DNA from: a virus
Lineage: Duplodnaviria > Caudoviricetes
Reading direction: 5' to 3' (one strand)
DNA: 64,000 nt
Virus record (IMG/VR): IMGVR_UViG_3300031673_000017
Coordinates: 1 to 64,000 of that record
The notes under the pieces are model-generated. The model saw nothing but the letters and a program-made list of their open reading frames with translations, was not told where the DNA came from and did not search any database. Position numbers and translations under genes: made by a program. Positions 59,583-64,000 of the stretch are shown one piece after another; position 1 is the first letter of the stretch; every line of letters begins with the position of its first letter.

Positions 59583-60992
59583 TTACCCCATTATTTTTCC
59601 AGAGTAATTGTCGATATTAACTTGGAAACGAGCGATGGGGCCGGCAGTCTTATCCCAAATGAAAGCTAATCCAGCTCGTTTTTGCCAATTATAACTATGA
59701 ATTCTATGCCATTCATTTGGCGGGGTTAATCCTGGCAAAAACTCTATACTCACTCCTTGTTCTTCAAACATGTGCGGCTTACCAGAACCTTTTCGATGTT
59801 GGTCGCCACAATGAAATTCACAGTACCGAGCGTTTTCCCACACGCCATTTAAGCGATTTTCATTAGCCATTAATGCAGCGAGACGAACTTGTTGCTTAAT
59901 ACTATGGCCATGTTCAAATCCAATTAAATTTACACCAAAATTGTGGAATTTAAATGGAGACATGCTGGCATCCATAGTAAAGTTTTCATTACTGTGATAG
60001 TATGCATTAAGGATTCTACCAAGAGCCACTTCAGAAGAATGAGCATGGTTTCCTGGAACTGATATTACTTTTACAGGAGCAACTTGTAACATTTTATCTA
60101 CAAGTGCTAAACCTAATAATTCTCCACGAAGGAATGTATTTTTCCATGCATCCCCTTCTGGCTGTGGAGTTCCAGCAGTAGTCGTACCAAATGGAGTATC
60201 AGTATGCAAGAAATCATTCCCAATTGCAAATACTATTCTCTCAAATGGTCCATGAACTTTAGTCAGCCTAATTAATTCATCTAATATTTCTACGGTCATT
60301 ATTTCAGCTTCATCTGGAGTCCAGTTTATATCCGCTGCTGGCTTATAACACCTAAGCCCTAAATGTAAATCGAAGAGTGAAATTTCAAGTTCTCTACTTC
60401 TGTTTATTGAATTTCCATCAGCATCTTTTAATTTACATCTTTTTATAACAGGCACAATCGGTGAAGCAGCTTTTATTTTTTCATATAAAGTATTAAGTGC
60501 ATCTACTGCTGGAGATACACGTTTAAGCCAAACCTTTACTTGGTAATTTGTAAAAGTTTCGCATTGCCCAGTGCCAGTCTTTATACCACCTACAGTTACT
60601 TCCCAAGAATTTATAACTGAACGTTCTACTTCCCAGACATCCATGTCAACTTCTGATATTTTTAATAATTCTTCAACTGTCTTTATATCTAACGACCGTG
60701 TTGTTACGACGCCTGTCGTTTCTTTGAAATCTTTTATGACTTCTTCGCCTTGATATGCTTTGGCTTTGGATTTTGATTTATCTGGGCATTTTTTAGCAGT
60801 ATCCATACATTTTCGATATTCTTCATACGTTTTCTTTAAACTTGAGTTACGTTCTATCAATCTTTCTATTGTACGATCTGATACTTTATTTCTGGCACAA
60901 AAAGTGCGTTTAATAAATGTTCCTGCTTTGATTTCTTGACGAATTTTATTTCTTAACTCTGCTTTTTGTTTTGTTGTTAAAGTCTTGGCCAT
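59583..60992 (-). CDS. Calcineurin-like metallophosphoesterase with an N-terminal HTH-like region
   Basis: SLFDLHLG, GNDFLH, VPGNH, GFEHGH, HCGDQH motifs. Confidence 0.85.
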   Translation of the reverse strand: MAKTLTTKQKAELRNKIRQEIKAGTFIKRTFCARNKVSDRTIERLIERNSSLKKTYEEYRKCMDTAKKCPDKSKSKAKAYQGEEVIKDFKETTGVVTTRSLDIKTVEELLKISEVDMDVWEVERSVINSWEVTVGGIKTGTGQCETFTNYQVKVWLKRVSPAVDALNTLYEKIKAASPIVPVIKRCKLKDADGNSINRSRELEISLFDLHLGLRCYKPAADINWTPDEAEIMTVEILDELIRLTKVHGPFERIVFAIGNDFLHTDTPFGTTTAGTPQPEGDAWKNTFLRGELLGLALVDKMLQVAPVKVISVPGNHAHSSEVALGRILNAYYHSNENFTMDASMSPFKFHNFGVNLIGFEHGHSIKQQVRLAALMANENRLNGVWENARYCEFHCGDQHRKGSGKPHMFEEQGVSIEFLPGLTPPNEWHRIHSYNWQKRAGLAFIWDKTAGPIARFQVNIDNYSGKIMG

Positions 60993-61044
60993 CTTTAATT
61001 CTCCTTTTAATTTTAATTTCCGAGTTTTAATTTATTTATTTTAA

Positions 61045-61311
61045 TTATTCACCATCTCCTCTGCTAATACTTCCAGGCTCGCCATCATGAATACCGCCGC
61101 CATTACCTTCTTTTGCTTTTTGATTTATGTAAGCAATGCTTCGATAAAAACCATCTCCTTTGAAAATAACACTTACATTTCTGCTTGGAAGCAACTGTAA
61201 TTTTCTTCGTTTACATTTTGGACATTTTTTTCTTGGGCTATCTTTTATACTATGAACGATTTCTAACTTTGCATTGCAAGATGAACACTTATATTCATAA
61301 CAAGGACTCAT
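61045..61311 (-). CDS. FmdB-family zinc-ribbon protein
   Basis: PCYEYKCSSC...HSIKD...CPKC...VIFKGDGFY. Confidence 0.85.
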   Translation of the reverse strand: MSPCYEYKCSSCNAKLEIVHSIKDSPRKKCPKCKRRKLQLLPSRNVSVIFKGDGFYRSIAYINQKAKEGNGGGIHDGEPGSISRGDGE

Positions 61312-61313
61312 TT

Positions 61314-61850
61314 TTATTCCTCCCTTTTAATAGAAGTTTTTAATCTTGAAATTCTCCATTTCAATACTGTTTTAGCATCCTTCATTGGATTATTTTCATT
61401 ATTGCGTTCAATTAATTTAGAATGGTCGATAACAGCTTCTTGCATATTTTTTAACGCTTGTCCTGTACGTTTACCTGATGCATTTTTATTCCCAAGATTA
61501 GCCTCACTAAGAATCTTTCTTACATCTTCAGAAACTTTATGCCCTAAAGCACTTTTAAGCCCTAAAACTCCTCCGCCACCATCGGCAAGATTATAGCCGT
61601 TAGGGTGTTTGCTTCTATAAGAAAGAATCGCTGCTTTTTCAACAATATCTGCTTCATTTTTACTAATAGCTTCCCAAAGAAATTCTAATTTAAAATCACT
61701 CATATCATATTTACGAAAAGCTCTCCCAATAAGATTACCAGAGCTAATATGCCTACTAATTCTGGCTCTAATTCTTTGGCAAGTTTGACCTATATACGAT
61801 TTGTTATTTTTAAGACAAATTATCCTGTATATTACGATTTTCCGTTTTAT
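61314..61850 (-). mobile_element. Free-standing GIY-YIG homing endonuclease, probable ATA start at 61850
   Basis: The frame extends 49 codons upstream of the track ATG and restores the catalytic motif: (M)KRKIVIYRIICLKNNKSYIGQT...RAFRKYDMSDFKLEFL...NGYNLADGGGG. Confidence 0.8.
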
Positions 61851-62170
61851 AACATCTCCCTTCTTAATTTTAAATATTTTTGTAAGTCTTCATGATTACC
61901 AGTTTTTTCGCATTTCTTTCGTGCGTCTTCTAATACGGTATTATCACGCAAGTCTAAAATAAAACGAATCCCCATTGCAGCGAGTTCAGCAGCTTCTTGA
62001 CATGCATTTAGGATATTATTCGCTTTTATTTCATCTTTAAATTCTTCAAACTCTTCGAGAACAACACCTAAGCCTTCGTGTGGATTATGGAAACTGTTAA
62101 ACTTTTCCTGTGCTCGTGTAAGTTCTTTTAAAACTAATTGTACAACTTCTTCTGTTGTTATCTTAGGCAT
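61847..62170 (-). CDS. MazG-like all-alpha NTP pyrophosphohydrolase
   Basis: ELTRAQEKF...HEGLGVVLEEFEEFKDEI...QEAAELAAMGIRF. Confidence 0.72.
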   Translation of the reverse strand: MPKITTEEVVQLVLKELTRAQEKFNSFHNPHEGLGVVLEEFEEFKDEIKANNILNACQEAAELAAMGIRFILDLRDNTVLEDARKKCEKTGNHEDLQKYLKLRREML

Positions 62171-62171
62171 T

Positions 62172-62528
62172 TTACTCCCTATCTAATAATGCACTTAATT
62201 CTATGTTCATTCGATTAGGCTCAAACCATATCTGAATACCTTCACTAACCGACACTCGCTCTGTTAATTTACCAGTAGCTAAAATATTTCCATCATGCAA
62301 CGAATCAAAGATACCAAAATGAGTTATTGTTCCCCAACTATTTAATGCTATTGGAAATTGAATTGCATCAATATTAGTTGCCATATCTCCATTTACGAAT
62401 AAATCACCAGGCCCCATCTCAATTCGATGGTAGTTTGTACTTTCTCGCTGAACCTCAACTAAACCAAATGTTGGAATTCCTGCCAATAATCCTCTTAGTA
62501 ATCCAATATAAATATAATTCATAGCCAC
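62172..62528 (-). CDS. Paralogue 3 of the small tail-fibre-type protein
   Basis: YIYIGLL...EV...NYHRI...TNIDAIQFPIALNSWGTITHFGIFDSLHDGNILATGKL...VSEG. Confidence 0.75.
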   Translation of the reverse strand: MAMNYIYIGLLRGLLAGIPTFGLVEVQRESTNYHRIEMGPGDLFVNGDMATNIDAIQFPIALNSWGTITHFGIFDSLHDGNILATGKLTERVSVSEGIQIWFEPNRMNIELSALLDRE

Positions 62529-62545
62529 TCCATTAATCTATCTGT

Positions 62546-62818
62546 TTAACTAATATCATTTTCTGCTAATAATTTTTTAAGATAATCTACTTCACGTCCA
62601 AGTGATTCAATATCAAGCAAGCTATATTTTATACAAACTCGTAAATAGCTTATTGTTTCTTGTAATGAATCTTTATTTTTTGTTGTATGTTTTACATTGA
62701 CATTATCTGTTAATTGCTTAGGTTTTAACTTAGGTACCTTTTGAAATAATTCTACCAAAGCTTCAAGCTGATCTTTTACTTCTTTACGGCTTAACTTCTT
62801 TTGTGGTTCATCTTTCAT
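62546..62818 (-). CDS. Hypothetical protein
   Basis: Start MKDEP overlaps the exonuclease stop (TAATG), after GAGGA. Confidence 0.55.
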   Translation of the reverse strand: MKDEPQKKLSRKEVKDQLEALVELFQKVPKLKPKQLTDNVNVKHTTKNKDSLQETISYLRVCIKYSLLDIESLGREVDYLKKLLAENDIS

Positions 62819-63702
62819 TAAAAATCCTCGTCTTCTCTTATAACAGCCTCTGTTCCACCGCATTCTTTACAAAGATTTAACGACTGAATTTCCATTCTTT
62901 CTAACCACTCTTTTATCTTATCAGGTTGCCAATTTTTCTTATTGACGACAATATCTTTTGTGGTATTTAGCGTCACTAATTTAAGGTTGCGATCAAATTT
63001 TCCAGAATTATAATGTTCTTCTAATGCAAATACTTCTTTAGTAGAGAATAGTTCATAGTTTGATATTTCATTTGGCTTATAACCATTAATTATCGCAGAT
63101 GCAATTAAATTACAGCGAACTCTATTAGCACCTTTTATATTATCGTGTCCTCCAACAAAGGCATAATAAATTGCTAATTGATTTGGCATTAGCCCATGAT
63201 ATTTTTCCTTTACATGTGAAATAGTCCATGGTTGTTTTCTCCACGCGAAATTTTTGACTTGTATAACACGAAATGGTTTCCCCCTAACGAGTTGAAGTAA
63301 ATCATTATCACCAGAATAAATAATAACAGGTTCAGTTTTACAATATTTTTCAGTTAGGCTTGCAATGATATCGTCTGCTTCAAGTTCATCATTAAAAGCT
63401 GTATCAGCAACCATAGAAATTAATTTTTTAAATCCATTTACACGTTCTGGTGTTAGAAAACTATGTGCATCTTTAGCACGCTTTACCTTACGGTCAGCCT
63501 TATATTCAGAGTCTATTTTATAACGAAAATTGTTTCTGCCCTCCCAACAAATTATAATTTCATCGTTAAAGAATTTTCTAATGGCTTCGAGACTTTTTAG
63601 AAAGCCATATTCCATCCCTGTTAGCCGTCCATCTCTTGTTACAAGATCTGGTAGCTTATAATTTGCTCTATACAATTGCATGAATCCGTCGAGGAGTATC
63701 AT
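62818..63702 (-). CDS. 5'-3' exonuclease (Pol I N-terminal / flap endonuclease family)
   Basis: ILLDG...LYRANY...EYGFLKSL...IICWEG...EYKADR...ELEADDIIASL...IYSGDNDLLQLV. Confidence 0.9.
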   Translation of the reverse strand: MILLDGFMQLYRANYKLPDLVTRDGRLTGMEYGFLKSLEAIRKFFNDEIIICWEGRNNFRYKIDSEYKADRKVKRAKDAHSFLTPERVNGFKKLISMVADTAFNDELEADDIIASLTEKYCKTEPVIIYSGDNDLLQLVRGKPFRVIQVKNFAWRKQPWTISHVKEKYHGLMPNQLAIYYAFVGGHDNIKGANRVRCNLIASAIINGYKPNEISNYELFSTKEVFALEEHYNSGKFDRNLKLVTLNTTKDIVVNKKNWQPDKIKEWLERMEIQSLNLCKECGGTEAVIREDEDF

Positions 63703-64000
63703 TTATCAACCCTTAAAATTTCATTGGCATAGGAAGTGTTCACTATGACTATCACTATTAATTATAATCTCGAAACTTAATCTTCCTGTACAGCTTTTAA
63801 TTTAGCATAACATTCTCTGGCTCTACGATTCTTTTCTAATCTTTTCTGCTCCTTTAGTTTAGCATTAATCTCTTTACATTCATCAGCATTTCATATCATA
63901 TTCAATCGCAAAAGTTCTTTGTAGAATGCAACAGGTTTAAACTCATAGTTATAAACTAAATTACTACAGTGAAAATTAGAATCAACCATCAGTCCTGGGC

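Noticed and set aside
1975-61596. All plus-strand ORFs in the track (e.g. 6934..7428, 11745..12296, 15002..15376, 23263..23724, 45377..45847)
   Set aside because: They lie antisense to well-supported minus-strand genes or in the repeat region, have no recognisable motifs, and are explained as shadows of codon bias and repeats.
63779-64000. Possible TGA readthrough: the edge ORF stops at TGA (63891-63893) and the same frame stays open for 37 more codons
   Set aside because: A single case at a truncated edge. Long genes elsewhere translate intact with the standard code, so there is no evidence of recoding.
1-64000. Prophage status or host assignment
   Set aside because: No integrase, att site, repressor or host genes were recognised in the window; lifestyle and host cannot be called from this sequence.

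Overview
A 64-kb internal segment of an AT-rich, long-tailed (siphovirus-like) dsDNA phage. Every credible gene is on the minus strand. In transcription order (high to low coordinates) it runs: nucleotide and DNA metabolism genes (5'-3' exonuclease, MazG-like, GIY-YIG, metallophosphoesterase, tRNA-Leu(UAA), dATP/dGTP diphosphohydrolase-like, PD-(D/E)XK nuclease, radical SAM, NADAR, SLOG, Nudix); a P4/D5-type primase-helicase followed at once by a ~320-bp imperfect palindrome of GGGAAT repeats (candidate origin); a sigma-like gene and terminase; a ~12.5-kb accessory island (three Mom-like domains, glycosyltransferases, methyltransferases, a PIG-L deacetylase, a serine protease, a DNA methyltransferase); portal, MuF carrying ADP-ribosyltransferase and HExxH domains, scaffold, P22-type coat; neck and tail genes through a tail-tip gene cut by the window edge. 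The strongest candidates for new biology are (1) a tRNA-Gly-like cloverleaf (anticodon ACC) embedded in-frame between two fused Mom-like DNA-modification domains, (2) one ~20-aa beta-strand repeat family grafted onto five structural genes, together with three paralogues of a small tail-fibre-type protein, (3) a candidate virion glycosylation/methylation toolkit, and (4) non-ATG starts for the tape measure (ATT) and a homing endonuclease (ATA). All family assignments come from motif recognition by eye; no database search was run.
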